Shown in pieces: positions 38,423 to 48,412 of a stretch of 57,167 bases of DNA (position 1 is the first letter of the stretch; every line of letters begins with the position of its first letter). A program made the translations under genes and the position numbers. The stretch spans positions 1 to 57,167 of the forward strand of contig JAUVOZ010000001.1 of the NCBI GenBank assembly GCA_030598885.1, given 5' to 3'. Under the pieces are notes generated by a model. That model had not been told where the DNA came from and did no database searches. It was given only the letters and a program-made list of their open reading frames with translations. Origin of the DNA: Anaerolineae bacterium. Its GTDB lineage: Bacteria; Chloroflexota; Anaerolineae; Anaerolineales; E44-bin32.

Positions 38423-39454
38423 ATGAGCAAAGTTACGCCAACCTCTACCCGTAAAACTAACCACATTCGGATCAACCTTGAAGAGGAGGTCCAATCCGAT
38501 CTGACCACAGGTCTTGAGCGGTTTCGATTTACCCACAACGCCGTTCCGGAGATCGATTTCCGCCAGATCGACCCTTCAACTACATTCCTTGGTAAACATC
38601 TTTCCTTCCCCCTCTTAATTTCTTCGATGACCGGGGGGATAGAGGCTGCAGCCGCAATTAACCACTCTTTGGCTGAAGCCGCTCAAGCGATGGGAGTGGC
38701 AATGGGATTGGGCTCCCAACGCGCAGCAATCGAAGATCCATCACTCGAGCCAACCTTTCAAATTCGCCACCTGGCTCCTGATATCCTGCTATTTGCTAAT
38801 CTTGGCGCGGTGCAGCTTAATTACGGCTATGGCATCGACCAATGCCGTCGTGCCGTCGATATGATTGAAGCCGACGCAATGATCCTACACTTCAATCCAT
38901 TGCAGGAGGCGTTGCAACCGGAAGGAGATGTCAACTTCAGTGACCTTCTTCGTAAAGTCGAGAGCATATGCAGTCAGCTCGATGTCCCGGTCATCGCCAA
39001 GGAAGTCGGCTGGGGGATCTCCTCTCAGGTTGCCAAGGATCTGGTAGAGGCCGGGGTTTCCGTTATTGATGTCGCTGGTGCGGGTGGGACTTCGTGGGCA
39101 CAGGTGGAGATGCATCGGTCGCAGGATGAAATTCAGGCTCAACTGGCCGCCAACTTTATCGGCTGGGGAAACCCGACATCTGAGTTAGTGACCGATGTTC
39201 GGCAGGCTTTACCGGAAATCCCTCTCATTGCTTCAGGCGGCCTTCGCAGCGGCATCGATATCGCTAAATGTATTGCCCTTGGTGCAGACATGGGTGGGAT
39301 TGCCGGTCCTTTTCTCAAAGCCGCAGTGCAGTCAACCGAGGTGGTAATGGCAACCCTTAAAAAGGTGGAGGCCGAGATGCGAATATGTATGTTCGCCACC
39401 GGTTCTCCAAATCTAACTGCTCTGAGCCAGACAGAATTACGGCACATAACATGA
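38423..39454 (+). CDS. fni: type 2 (FMN-dependent) isopentenyl-diphosphate delta-isomerase
   Basis: IDI-2 TIM-barrel pattern ([35 protein letters not shown]). Confidence 0.8.
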   Translation: MSKVTPTSTRKTNHIRINLEEEVQSDLTTGLERFRFTHNAVPEIDFRQIDPSTTFLGKHLSFPLLISSMTGGIEAAAAINHSLAEAAQAMGVAMGLGSQRAAIEDPSLEPTFQIRHLAPDILLFANLGAVQLNYGYGIDQCRRAVDMIEADAMILHFNPLQEALQPEGDVNFSDLLRKVESICSQLDVPVIAKEVGWGISSQVAKDLVEAGVSVIDVAGAGGTSWAQVEMHRSQDEIQAQLAANFIGWGNPTSELVTDVRQALPEIPLIASGGLRSGIDIAKCIALGADMGGIAGPFLKAAVQSTEVVMATLKKVEAEMRICMFATGSPNLTALSQTELRHIT

Positions 39455-40464
39455 GTGACAACAATCCCCCATCCTTAATTCGTCGTATGCGTGAGGCAAT
39501 TGAGGTTGATCTCAAGCGTTCCATCGAATGGCTTGATTCAGAGCAATATCCCGAATTAGCTCATATGATTAGCTATCATATGGGGTGGAAAAACCAGGCA
39601 CACTCACGGGGAAAACGCCTTCGGCCTATGCTCACGCTGTTGAGCTGCGCTGGTGTTGGTGCAAATTGGGAGATTGCCTTGCCGGCCGCGAGTGCGGTCG
39701 AATTGGTCCACAGCTTCTCTCTCGTCCATGATGACATCCAAGACCAAAGTGAAACCAGACGCGGGCGCCTCACCCTTTGGAAACTATGGGGACTCGCTCA
39801 GGCGCTCAACACCGGCGATACGATTTTCACCCTTGCCCGCCTAGCCACTTATCGACTGGTCAAGGTTGGGAACTCCTATGAAACTACTCTAGATGCCCAA
39901 CGCATCCTCGATCACGCCTGCCTTCAACTCACCCAAGGCCAACACCTGGATCTCGCTTATGAGACCAAAGAGAATGTTACCATTTCCGACTATATTAGGA
40001 TGATAGAAGGCAAAACCTCGGCACTACTTTCAGCCGCCTCAGCTATCGGCGCTCATATCGCTGGAGCTTCCGACCCGGTAGTTGAAGCCTATCGATCTTT
40101 TGGTCATAACCTGGGACTGGCGTTCCAGATCGAGGATGACATCCTTGGCATCTGGGGGAAATCCAACTTGACCGGGAAACCAGCCGGTGACGATCTTCTT
40201 AGGCGTAAAAAGACTCTTCCCACACTCTATGGATTGGAAAAATCCACCACCTTCAGCCGCCTTTTCTTACAAGAAAATGATGATGTCGATCTATTGGATA
40301 TGGTCGCAGCCCTGGACGAAGTGGGCGCACATCAACACGCACGCTCCTTAGCTCAACACCATACCGACCTGGCATTGTCGGCTCTGAAAGAAGCCGCCCC
40401 AATGAATCCGTCCGGTGGGGAGCTTAAAAGATTATCACTCCTCCTCCTTCAACGCCAAACTTAA
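39451..40464 (+). CDS. polyprenyl diphosphate synthase (trans-isoprenyl diphosphate synthase family)
   Basis: First DDxxD motif in LVHDDIQD and second in FQIEDDILG. The start overlaps the fni stop (ATGA). Confidence 0.8.
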   Translation: MSDNNPPSLIRRMREAIEVDLKRSIEWLDSEQYPELAHMISYHMGWKNQAHSRGKRLRPMLTLLSCAGVGANWEIALPAASAVELVHSFSLVHDDIQDQSETRRGRLTLWKLWGLAQALNTGDTIFTLARLATYRLVKVGNSYETTLDAQRILDHACLQLTQGQHLDLAYETKENVTISDYIRMIEGKTSALLSAASAIGAHIAGASDPVVEAYRSFGHNLGLAFQIEDDILGIWGKSNLTGKPAGDDLLRRKKTLPTLYGLEKSTTFSRLFLQENDDVDLLDMVAALDEVGAHQHARSLAQHHTDLALSALKEAAPMNPSGGELKRLSLLLLQRQT

Positions 40465-40494
40465 CAGTTACGCCACCACTGACTAGAGTACGCG

Positions 40495-40522
40495 TTGCGC
40501 AACTCTTCCTTAATGCTATAAT
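40495..40522 (+). promoter_or_regulatory. putative sigma70 promoter TTGCGC-N16-TATAAT upstream of the Ser/Thr kinase operon
   Basis: The hexamers were read directly. 22 nt before the ATG at 40545. Confidence 0.35.
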
Positions 40523-40544
40523 TTTCTCATAATAGGTGTAAGAG

Positions 40545-42419
40545 ATGATACGAAGGACCACGCGCGCGCTTAATAACCAGACTGAACGGCTTGAAAGTTT
40601 ACAGCCTGGAATCACTCTTCAGGATCGATATTTAATCCTCGGCCTGCTCGGCTCGGGCGGTATGAGCTCAGTCTATAAGGGTCGCGATTTACATTTCCCA
40701 AATGTCACCAAATTGGTCGCCATCAAGGAAATGACGAATTTAGTTGCTGACCAAACAATGTATGAGATGATCGTCACCAACTTCGAACGTGAAGCTGATC
40801 TCCTGGCCACTCTTTCCCATCCCGCCATTCCCCGTATTTATGATTATTTCATCGGCAATAAAAATCTCTACCTGGTGATGGAGTTTATCGACGGCAAGGA
40901 TTTGGAAGCCGTTCTACAGGAGAGTGACGATTTCTTGTCCGAGGAGCAGGTTGTTAGTTGGGCAATCGAACTGTGTGATGTCCTAAGTTTTCTTCATGAC
41001 CATAAACCTGAACCACTGGTCTTCAGGGATATGAAACCTTCTAATGTAATGATAGACCAGCATGGCCATATCCGTCTAATTGACTTTGGTATTGCTCGCG
41101 TCTTCCAACCTGGACAAAAGGGGACCATGATCGGCACGGAGGGTTACTCACCTCCAGAACAGTACCGGGGTGAAGCCTCCCCTGCTGGCGATATCTATGC
41201 ACTTGGGGCAACTTTGCACCATATGTTAACCCGCCGCGATCCTCGGCTTGAGCCACCATTTTCTTTCAACGAGCGCCCAATCAGGGAGATCAATCCCGAC
41301 GTATCTCCTGAAATCGAGGCAATCATCAACATTACCCTTGATTACGATCCAAAAAAACGCTACCCAAGCACTGATGCGTTGAAGAAAGCCTTGATAACGA
41401 CGGCAAGTGATACCGGACTCTTGATCAAGCCACGTACAGCGGAGATCTTCATACGCGGCGACGACATTAAGGAATTATGGTCTTTCGAGTGTGAAGATGA
41501 GATTCGCGGCACCCCGATTGTGTATCAGGACATGATCATTATTGGCTGCTATGATCACAATCTCTACGCCCTGGATAAGAAGACAGGCGAGTTCATATGG
41601 AAATATGCAACCGAGGGAGGTATAACGGGTCAACCTGCGGCTGAGGATGGCGTCATATTCATCGGTTCTGAGGATTATCGCTTACACGCTGTCACCGCCC
41701 GGGGGGGCAATCTGACCTGGATGTACTACACCGAAGGTCCGATACGATCGTCTCCCATTCTTTCTCACGGTCATATTTTTATCGGATCTGATGACAATCA
41801 CCTGCATGTCGTGAACTCCCTCAATGGCCGCCGTGTCTGGCGGGCTGAGACGATGGGCCCTATCTGGTCTACTCCATTAGTGAATGATGAGCGAGTCTTT
41901 TTTGGATGCGAGAGCGGCGATTTTTATTGCTATGACTTTCGCGGTGAATTAAAGTGGCGTAAGAAAATCAAGCGTGCCGTCACCTCCTCGCCCATTCTGA
42001 TGGACGGGTTAATTTATTTTGGCTCCAAAGATTGGACTTTGTACGCCCTCGAGATGGAAAACGGATGGCAAGTATGGCGATTCCGTATGGGAGGACCAAC
42101 TATTTCAACCCCTACTTCTGCTGAAGACAAGATTTTTATCGGCTGTGGTGATAACCATATCTACGCTATTCACGCCCGTCATGCGCGTGAGCTCTGGCGT
42201 TATGCCACTGAACATCAGGTCACTGGTTCGCCAGTCGCGTATGAGGATTCTCTATACTGTGGTTCTGTTGATGGAGGTTTATATTGCTTGGATTTCCGAA
42301 CGGGTCGGTTACGCTGGCGTTTCCGCACCGAGGGCCCGATAACTGGCTCACCAGTCATCGTTGATAATACACTTTTCATCGGCTCTAACGACCATAAAGT
42401 TTATGCCTTACTAACATAG
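40545..42419 (+). CDS. Hanks-type Ser/Thr protein kinase fused to PQQ-like beta-propeller repeats
   Basis: Kinase motifs VAIKEM, FRDMKPSNVMI and DFGIAR. The C-terminus has about 7 PQQ-type repeats (YALDKKTGEFIWKY, YCLDFRTGRLRWRF and others). Confidence 0.85.
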   Translation: MIRRTTRALNNQTERLESLQPGITLQDRYLILGLLGSGGMSSVYKGRDLHFPNVTKLVAIKEMTNLVADQTMYEMIVTNFEREADLLATLSHPAIPRIYDYFIGNKNLYLVMEFIDGKDLEAVLQESDDFLSEEQVVSWAIELCDVLSFLHDHKPEPLVFRDMKPSNVMIDQHGHIRLIDFGIARVFQPGQKGTMIGTEGYSPPEQYRGEASPAGDIYALGATLHHMLTRRDPRLEPPFSFNERPIREINPDVSPEIEAIINITLDYDPKKRYPSTDALKKALITTASDTGLLIKPRTAEIFIRGDDIKELWSFECEDEIRGTPIVYQDMIIIGCYDHNLYALDKKTGEFIWKYATEGGITGQPAAEDGVIFIGSEDYRLHAVTARGGNLTWMYYTEGPIRSSPILSHGHIFIGSDDNHLHVVNSLNGRRVWRAETMGPIWSTPLVNDERVFFGCESGDFYCYDFRGELKWRKKIKRAVTSSPILMDGLIYFGSKDWTLYALEMENGWQVWRFRMGGPTISTPTSAEDKIFIGCGDNHIYAIHARHARELWRYATEHQVTGSPVAYEDSLYCGSVDGGLYCLDFRTGRLRWRFRTEGPITGSPVIVDNTLFIGSNDHKVYALLT

Positions 42420-42437
42420 CAAGATTTAATAGGCAGA

Positions 42438-43352
42438 ATGGAACGTGTCAATAAAATGGATGTTCTAAATCGGTTTATCAAGCGTATTTTCCGCCGGGAG
42501 GAGATTCACCCTCCCGGGAGTATTAAAACCGCGCCTCTTGAACCATCCCACCTGGAACCGGCTTGGGATCTTGATGGGCAGCAAGGGATCGTAGTCGGTG
42601 CTGCGCAATCCACTGGTATCGAACGAGACCACAATGAGGACACTCTTTTCGTTTTAGTAGGAAATTCCGCCGGTCAGGAGACACTCCCAGAGTTCGGTTT
42701 GTTTCTCGTCGCTGACGGAATGGGAGGACATCGCGCAGGAGAGGTTGCCAGCGCAATTTCTGTCCGAACCACCGCCCATTGTCTCACTGAAGGTATAATT
42801 CTACGTTTGTTTGAGAACGAACCCAAGGAACACACACTCCCGCTTCATGATCTCTTCCGTCAAGCGCTTGAACAAGCCAATCAGTCGGTTGTCACTCGCG
42901 TTCCCGGAGGCGGGACAACACTGACCGCAGCTTTACTTATCAACGGGCAGTTGACGATTGGCCATGTTGGTGACAGTCGGGCGTATCTCATTGTTGACGG
43001 CAAGAGCGAAGTCATCACTCGAGACCATTCCCTGGTTGAACGACTTCGAGAGCTTGGTCAATTGACCTCAGAAGAAGCTGCCTCCCATCCACAACGCAAT
43101 GTGCTTTACCGAGCCATCGGTCAAGGAGCTAATCTTGAGGTAGACATAATTTCCCACCCCGTTCCGGATGGTGGATATTTACTTCTTTGCTCCGATGGTC
43201 TATGGGGAGTTGTTCCCGATCATGAAATTCGAAGGATTATCTATAATTCGGGACACCCTCAGGTAGCGTGTGACGAGCTAGTGCAAGCTGCCAACGCGGC
43301 TGGCGGGCCTGATAACATCACCGCGGTACTTGTAGGCTTTCCACCGAAGTGA
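42438..43352 (+). CDS. PP2C-family Ser/Thr phosphatase
   Basis: LFLVADGMGGHRAGEVAS, GDSRAYLI, CSDGLWGVV and GGPDNITAVLV. Confidence 0.85.
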   Translation: MERVNKMDVLNRFIKRIFRREEIHPPGSIKTAPLEPSHLEPAWDLDGQQGIVVGAAQSTGIERDHNEDTLFVLVGNSAGQETLPEFGLFLVADGMGGHRAGEVASAISVRTTAHCLTEGIILRLFENEPKEHTLPLHDLFRQALEQANQSVVTRVPGGGTTLTAALLINGQLTIGHVGDSRAYLIVDGKSEVITRDHSLVERLRELGQLTSEEAASHPQRNVLYRAIGQGANLEVDIISHPVPDGGYLLLCSDGLWGVVPDHEIRRIIYNSGHPQVACDELVQAANAAGGPDNITAVLVGFPPK

Positions 43353-43364
43353 GAAGAGGGATGC

Positions 43365-44840
43365 GTGCCATCGGATAAGGATTATTATTCTCTATTAGGT
43401 GTGTCAAGGAACGCGACAATAGAACAACTCCGTCGCGCTTATCGTGAGGCCGCTCTTCGTTTTCATCCAGATAAAAATGTAGCTCCTGGTGATACAGAAC
43501 TTTTCCTTGATGTCAGTCGCGCCTATGAAACATTACTCGACCCAGATCAGCGTGCGGCTTACGACCTGGAATTAGAGGCAGCCGAAGAAGTGATGGCTGC
43601 TTCAGCTTCTTTTCGCTGCTATGTAAAACACAGTCGGAAAAACCTGCTCCAACTTGCTGAACCCCAAGTTCATTACACTCTCTTGGAAATAACCCCCTCC
43701 CTGGATCTACCTAACATCCGCTCCCCAATCAACCTTACCATCGTAATCGACCACTCAACCTCAATGCGTGGGCAACGCTTGGATCGGGTACGATCAGCCG
43801 CCCTGGACATACTAAAAGGTCTCGAGGCTGGCGACTCCGCCTCGATCATCGCCTTCAGTGATCGAGCAGATACAATCGTCTCACCAGAGCAAGCCAAGGA
43901 TCTCTCCTCCGCACGTGCTCGTCTCAGCCTTCTTCAAGCTGGCGGGGGTACAGAAATCGGTCAAGGTCTTGAAAAAGGTTTGACCGCGCTTCATCGTAAT
44001 TTTAACAAAGAAGGCGTCAACCATATGATTTTGCTCACCGACGGCCGCACATATGGTGACGAAGAATTGTGCATAGCTCTGGCCGATAAAGCCGCCGAAG
44101 ATGGTATTTCAATCAATTGCGTTGGCATCGGCTCCGATTGGAGCGATCGTCTGCTTGATGATCTAGCAAGCCGGGGTGGCGGCAATGTTATCTTCCTCAA
44201 CTCTCCGCGCGCCATCCAAGATCTCTTGAAGGATATCTTCGACTCTCTCGGTCAGGTCCTCGCCAGCCGTGTACGCTTGGATGGAGCCATTGGCCAGCAG
44301 GTTGATCTACGATCTGCTTTCCGCCTTTCTCCCGAACCTATGCCATTAGGTGATAATTTGCCATTGAGCCTCGGTCATCTCCCGAGAGAAGAAGCCATCC
44401 GTTTGATTCTGGAACTAGTAATCCATCCCATTGGCGAAATGGACAAAATAACCTTGGCTCACTTCAACATCACCGGCGACATCCTTTTATCAGGCACTGA
44501 GAATACAAACCTTCCAGTCGAGATCGCAATGCCGGTATCAGCAGATCCCGATCCTGACCCTCCGCCGGAGGAGATTGTATCAGCCCTCAATCTCATCGCC
44601 CTTTACGGCTTGCAGGAGAAAGCACGTCACGAATCTGAACTTGGTCAGTCTGCAAAAGCAGCCAAGCGTCTTGAGAATTTGGCTACCCACTTGATCGCAG
44701 CTGGTGAAAGAGAACTTGCAAAAGCAGCTTTGAGCGAAGCGGTACGTCTTTCCCGCAACCATCGCATTTCTAGTGCAGGGGAAAAAGTCCTTAAGTATGG
44801 GACACGCGCACTTCTCCTCCCTCCATCCAGTGACAAGTAA
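43365..44840 (+). CDS. J-domain (DnaJ-like) - von Willebrand factor A domain fusion protein
   Basis: J domain DYYSLLGVSRNATIEQLRRAYREAALRFHPDKN. vWA MIDAS LTIVIDHSTSMRG (DxSxS) with downstream LLTDGRTYGDE. GTG start. Confidence 0.75.
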   Translation: MPSDKDYYSLLGVSRNATIEQLRRAYREAALRFHPDKNVAPGDTELFLDVSRAYETLLDPDQRAAYDLELEAAEEVMAASASFRCYVKHSRKNLLQLAEPQVHYTLLEITPSLDLPNIRSPINLTIVIDHSTSMRGQRLDRVRSAALDILKGLEAGDSASIIAFSDRADTIVSPEQAKDLSSARARLSLLQAGGGTEIGQGLEKGLTALHRNFNKEGVNHMILLTDGRTYGDEELCIALADKAAEDGISINCVGIGSDWSDRLLDDLASRGGGNVIFLNSPRAIQDLLKDIFDSLGQVLASRVRLDGAIGQQVDLRSAFRLSPEPMPLGDNLPLSLGHLPREEAIRLILELVIHPIGEMDKITLAHFNITGDILLSGTENTNLPVEIAMPVSADPDPDPPPEEIVSALNLIALYGLQEKARHESELGQSAKAAKRLENLATHLIAAGERELAKAALSEAVRLSRNHRISSAGEKVLKYGTRALLLPPSSDK

Positions 44841-45352
44841 TGATTGAATGCCCTTCCTGCAAACACCAGCAATTTGTCGGTACTTTGTATTGTATTGAAT
44901 GTGGTACCCGGCTGATACATGTATCCCCCCTACCGGCAACTGGGCCAGTAGAAGGACGAACAGATGGAGTTCACCCCGGATCACCCGCTTACCCCGAAGG
45001 ACCTGAACTTCGAACAGGAGCCTTACTTGGTTTGCGTGTCGTTGGCACTGATGCCGTTCTTTCCCTACTTGGTCGGGTCAACTACACATTAGGAATTTCC
45101 ATCGAAGGACAAGCTGTGATTCCTGATGTTGATTTAGGTCCTTTTGATGCATATAATCATGGTGTTTCCCGTATCCATGCTGAGATGCAACTGAAACCCG
45201 ATGGCATCTATATTATCGACCTCGATAGTGCCAACGGCACAACAGTAAACGGCACTCTCCTGGAAACTATAACGCCCGCGGCCATCCGTCATGGCGATCT
45301 CATCCAACTTGGGGGTTTATCCCTACAATTAATCTCCCGTTATCAAAGATAA
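44840..45352 (+). CDS. zinc-ribbon + FHA domain protein
   Basis: N-terminal CPSCKHQQF...CIECGTRL (two CxxC). FHA pattern YTLGISIEGQ ... GVSRIHAEMQLKPDGIYIIDLDSANGTTVNG. The ATG overlaps the upstream stop (TAATG). Confidence 0.75.
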   Translation: MIECPSCKHQQFVGTLYCIECGTRLIHVSPLPATGPVEGRTDGVHPGSPAYPEGPELRTGALLGLRVVGTDAVLSLLGRVNYTLGISIEGQAVIPDVDLGPFDAYNHGVSRIHAEMQLKPDGIYIIDLDSANGTTVNGTLLETITPAAIRHGDLIQLGGLSLQLISRYQR

Positions 45353-45361
45353 AGGTGTACC

Positions 45362-45607
45362 ATGCCCATCAGCGTATTGCTTCACATCTCGAACGAGGAA
45401 GCTGTCATCGGTGAAATAGAACAGCTTCCCACCCCAACCGATACGTCCGTCACTCTGAACAACCCTCGCCGACGTGACGACAAGGAACTTACATATCTCG
45501 CCGAAACTGTGGTGAGTGTCATCTGGCCAATGCACCGTATCAACTTCATCGAAATCCTGCCATCGCGAGAGGAAGAAGAACTAATCGGATTTGTCCGGGA
45601 AGAGTAA
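45362..45607 (+). CDS. hypothetical small acidic protein (81 aa)
   Basis: ORF 9 nt after the FHA gene. The next gene starts 1 nt after its stop. No motif. Confidence 0.35.
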   Translation: MPISVLLHISNEEAVIGEIEQLPTPTDTSVTLNNPRRRDDKELTYLAETVVSVIWPMHRINFIEILPSREEEELIGFVREE

Positions 45608-45608
45608 T

Positions 45609-46346
45609 ATGGCAACATCTACCTCTCGTCGACGACGGATCTTGGTCGTCGACGACGAACCTCGGATGATCCATTTCATCCGTTTAAATCTAGAACATGA
45701 CGGCTTCGAGGTTTACCAGGCTACCTCCGGTATTAAAACGCTCGATCAATTCCGCGACCAGTTGCCTGATTTGATCTTGCTCGATGTAATGATGCCGGAC
45801 ATTGATGGTTTTGAGACCCTGCGCTTGATACGTGAAATCTCGAATGTTCCAGTTATCATGCTCACTGCTAAAGGCGACGAGGATGATCGGGTCAAGGGCC
45901 TTGAGTTGGGAGCTGACGACTACATCACTAAACCTTTCAGCCCGCGTGAACTTGTCAGCCGGGTTCGAGCTGTTCTACGCCGTACCGAAATGCCTGGTAC
46001 CCCAACTCACGAGGAGATCCAGGTTGATGATAGGCTCAAGATTGATTTCGATCGCCGGGAGGTTTGGGTTGAAGACCAGCTAATAAAGATTCGACCAACG
46101 GAGTACCGACTTCTATATCACCTGGTCAAGAACGCTGGTTGGGTCGTCCCTCATGAACAACTTCTGGCGAAGGTTTGGGGCTACGAATATAGAGAAGAGA
46201 CACATTATCTAAGGCTGTATATCAATTACCTGAGAAAAAAAATTGAGCAAGATCCCTCTAACCCCCAATATATCCTTACTGAACGCGGGGTCGGTTATCG
46301 CTTTATTGACTTCCGGCGGCATAAGAATAAACAGACCCACGATTGA
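45609..46346 (+). CDS. OmpR/PhoB-family response regulator (receiver + winged helix)
   Basis: [29 protein letters not shown] and [14 protein letters not shown]-terminal winged helix ([29 protein letters not shown]). Confidence 0.85.
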   Translation: MATSTSRRRRILVVDDEPRMIHFIRLNLEHDGFEVYQATSGIKTLDQFRDQLPDLILLDVMMPDIDGFETLRLIREISNVPVIMLTAKGDEDDRVKGLELGADDYITKPFSPRELVSRVRAVLRRTEMPGTPTHEEIQVDDRLKIDFDRREVWVEDQLIKIRPTEYRLLYHLVKNAGWVVPHEQLLAKVWGYEYREETHYLRLYINYLRKKIEQDPSNPQYILTERGVGYRFIDFRRHKNKQTHD

Positions 46347-46414
46347 TCCGTACTTCACCCTTGTCCCCATCCAGGGCATACATTACAATCGCCTCAGAGA
46401 GTGAGGTAAGACCT

Positions 46415-47068
46415 TTGGCACGTAAAAGGATTTTACTAGTAGATGATCATGAAGTTGTACGTATGGGCTTGAGAGCCCTACTCGATAAACACCCCGGACT
46501 TGAGGTTGTTGCCGAAGCAGCAACCGCCCGGGAGGCCATAGAAAAGACAAGAGCATACAAACCAGATGTGGTGGTGATGGACATCCGCCTTAAAGGAGGA
46601 TCAGGCATCGAAGCTTGTCAGGAAATTAAGAATTCATATCCTGAGATAAACGTGATAATGCTCACCTCCTATGCTGAGGATGAAATGCTCTTCTCCGCTA
46701 TCCGAGCCGGCGCCTCTGGATATGTGTTGAAACAAATAGGAGGCGATGATCTAATACGAGCGATTGAAACCGTCGGTCGGGGGGAAGCCCTACTAGATCC
46801 AGCAGTCACCCAACGCGTGTTTCAGGAAGTGCGAAAGGCTGCCCGTGAGGAAGAGGCCTCAGCTTTTGCTGAACTCACCCAACAAGAAATGCATGTCTTA
46901 CAACTAGTCTCCGAAGGTCGCACGAATCGTCAAATTGCTGAGATGCTCTTTTTAGGGGAAGGTACCGTCCGCAACTACGTCAGCAGCATCCTATCGAAGC
47001 TAAATGTTCGCAATCGTGCTGAAGCCGCAGCTTATTCAGTTGAGTATAACCTAAAGAATTACCTCTAA
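46415..47068 (+). CDS. NarL/FixJ (LuxR-type HTH) family response regulator
   Basis: [40 protein letters not shown], and LuxR HTH ([29 protein letters not shown]). I took the TTG at 46415 after GAGGT; the ORF is open from 46343, overlapping the OmpR stop. Confidence 0.75.
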   Translation: MARKRILLVDDHEVVRMGLRALLDKHPGLEVVAEAATAREAIEKTRAYKPDVVVMDIRLKGGSGIEACQEIKNSYPEINVIMLTSYAEDEMLFSAIRAGASGYVLKQIGGDDLIRAIETVGRGEALLDPAVTQRVFQEVRKAAREEEASAFAELTQQEMHVLQLVSEGRTNRQIAEMLFLGEGTVRNYVSSILSKLNVRNRAEAAAYSVEYNLKNYL

Positions 47069-47150
47069 TTCGATATAGATTGTACTGACAAAAGGCTAAA
47101 TTCGAGGAAGTGAACGTATATGTGGGGGCTCTAAGGCAACGTCGGCGCGG

Positions 47151-47711
47151 TCAGTGTAAGGGAGGATCCTGACTGGCAACAGACGCCTCCTCAGCCGTAT
47201 GTACAATTACATAGGCTAATCCATCGATCCAATCAATAACCGATTCTTCGAATCGGTTTAATATTACTAGCCGTCGGGCAATGCGTGTTACCTGCTTGCC
47301 GGCTTCGATGCAGATTTCCTCCAGGAGCGTTTCGTCCTCCGCTGGCAAGGAGATAACCCGCTTCATAACCTCTTTATGTAGGTCTTGCCTGGTAATTCGC
47401 CAGAATGACTCAGGAGCTTCTACTGAAATTATTTGATTCAGCTTGATGCCATACTCTGCAAGGGCGTCTAATAAATCCTGTCGTACACCTAATCCCTCCT
47501 GGCTAAGGTTGGTCTTCACTGTACGTATTGCTCCAAGAATCTCCCGTAGAACGGTAAGCGACTTTGACCCGGCTATTACCAATTCCTCCAGGAGCTCGTC
47601 AAATGGTGTGGGATCTCCTTTCCGGAGACAATCATCTATCAGTTGCTCTGCTTCCAATCGTACGTAGGTGCGTTCAGCGAGTGAGAGCAACTCATCTAAT
47701 GGATGACTCAC
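47151..47711 (-). CDS. hypothetical protein (186 aa, acidic, helical)
   Basis: Complete ORF convergent with the response regulators. No motif. Confidence 0.4.
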   Translation of the reverse strand: MSHPLDELLSLAERTYVRLEAEQLIDDCLRKGDPTPFDELLEELVIAGSKSLTVLREILGAIRTVKTNLSQEGLGVRQDLLDALAEYGIKLNQIISVEAPESFWRITRQDLHKEVMKRVISLPAEDETLLEEICIEAGKQVTRIARRLVILNRFEESVIDWIDGLAYVIVHTAEEASVASQDPPLH

Positions 47712-47862
47712 CAGTTTTTCCTCCTTTAGCTGGCAGACCTTCGGTAAGAGCTCTCTAAGACATTCCCCTGAGTAGATCTCATAGTTATGATCGTCTTTCT
47801 AGACAAGCTGTACCACTTAATTCCCCAAACAGATCATAACCCGATTTCCAACCCCTGACAAT

Positions 47863-48375
47863 TCAGGGTGAAGCTAAGGATCGAAGATAGTTAGCTACCC
47901 CCCATCCCGCCTTGTTGTTATCGTACGGATTGACTAAATACCACCAAATATAACCATCACTATTAACCGGTCCATCATTTACCCTGAAGACTTCATTCTC
48001 CAGAGCAAGAAAACTGACAATGCCATCCAAATCGGGCTGATTACGTAAACGAAGCCCATCGCCGCCGGTTCCAAAGACGGTAACCAACTGGCCACGCAGG
48101 AAGCTGTCTTGTGGCAATGCTGGCTGCTCAGGAGTATTGGTCGGGTTGGGTTCAAAAGAAACGGCTGTCTTGGTTGCTGGGATCGGTGAAATTGTGGGAA
48201 GGACAATCATCTTTAGAACCGGTGTTACTTTCGGTCTGTTAGGCGCTGATTCCCTCCACATAAAACCTAAAACAACGAGCAATAGAAACAACCCTCCACC
48301 AAATGCTCCTCCAGAAACTGCCCACAAGCATCCCGGACGCCATCTTCTTATACGAGAGAAAAGAATATCAACCAT
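47863..48375 (-). CDS. membrane-anchored bacterial SH3-like domain protein
   Basis: N-terminal TM helix. C-terminal SH3b-like pattern (GQLVTVFGTGGDGLRLRNQPDLDGIVSFLALENEVFRVNDGPVNSDGYIWWYLV). Confidence 0.45.
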   Translation of the reverse strand: MVDILFSRIRRWRPGCLWAVSGGAFGGGLFLLLVVLGFMWRESAPNRPKVTPVLKMIVLPTISPIPATKTAVSFEPNPTNTPEQPALPQDSFLRGQLVTVFGTGGDGLRLRNQPDLDGIVSFLALENEVFRVNDGPVNSDGYIWWYLVNPYDNNKAGWGVANYLRSLASP

Positions 48376-48412
48376 GGGTAAAACCGTAGCAAATCATTTC
48401 AGCAAATGATCG

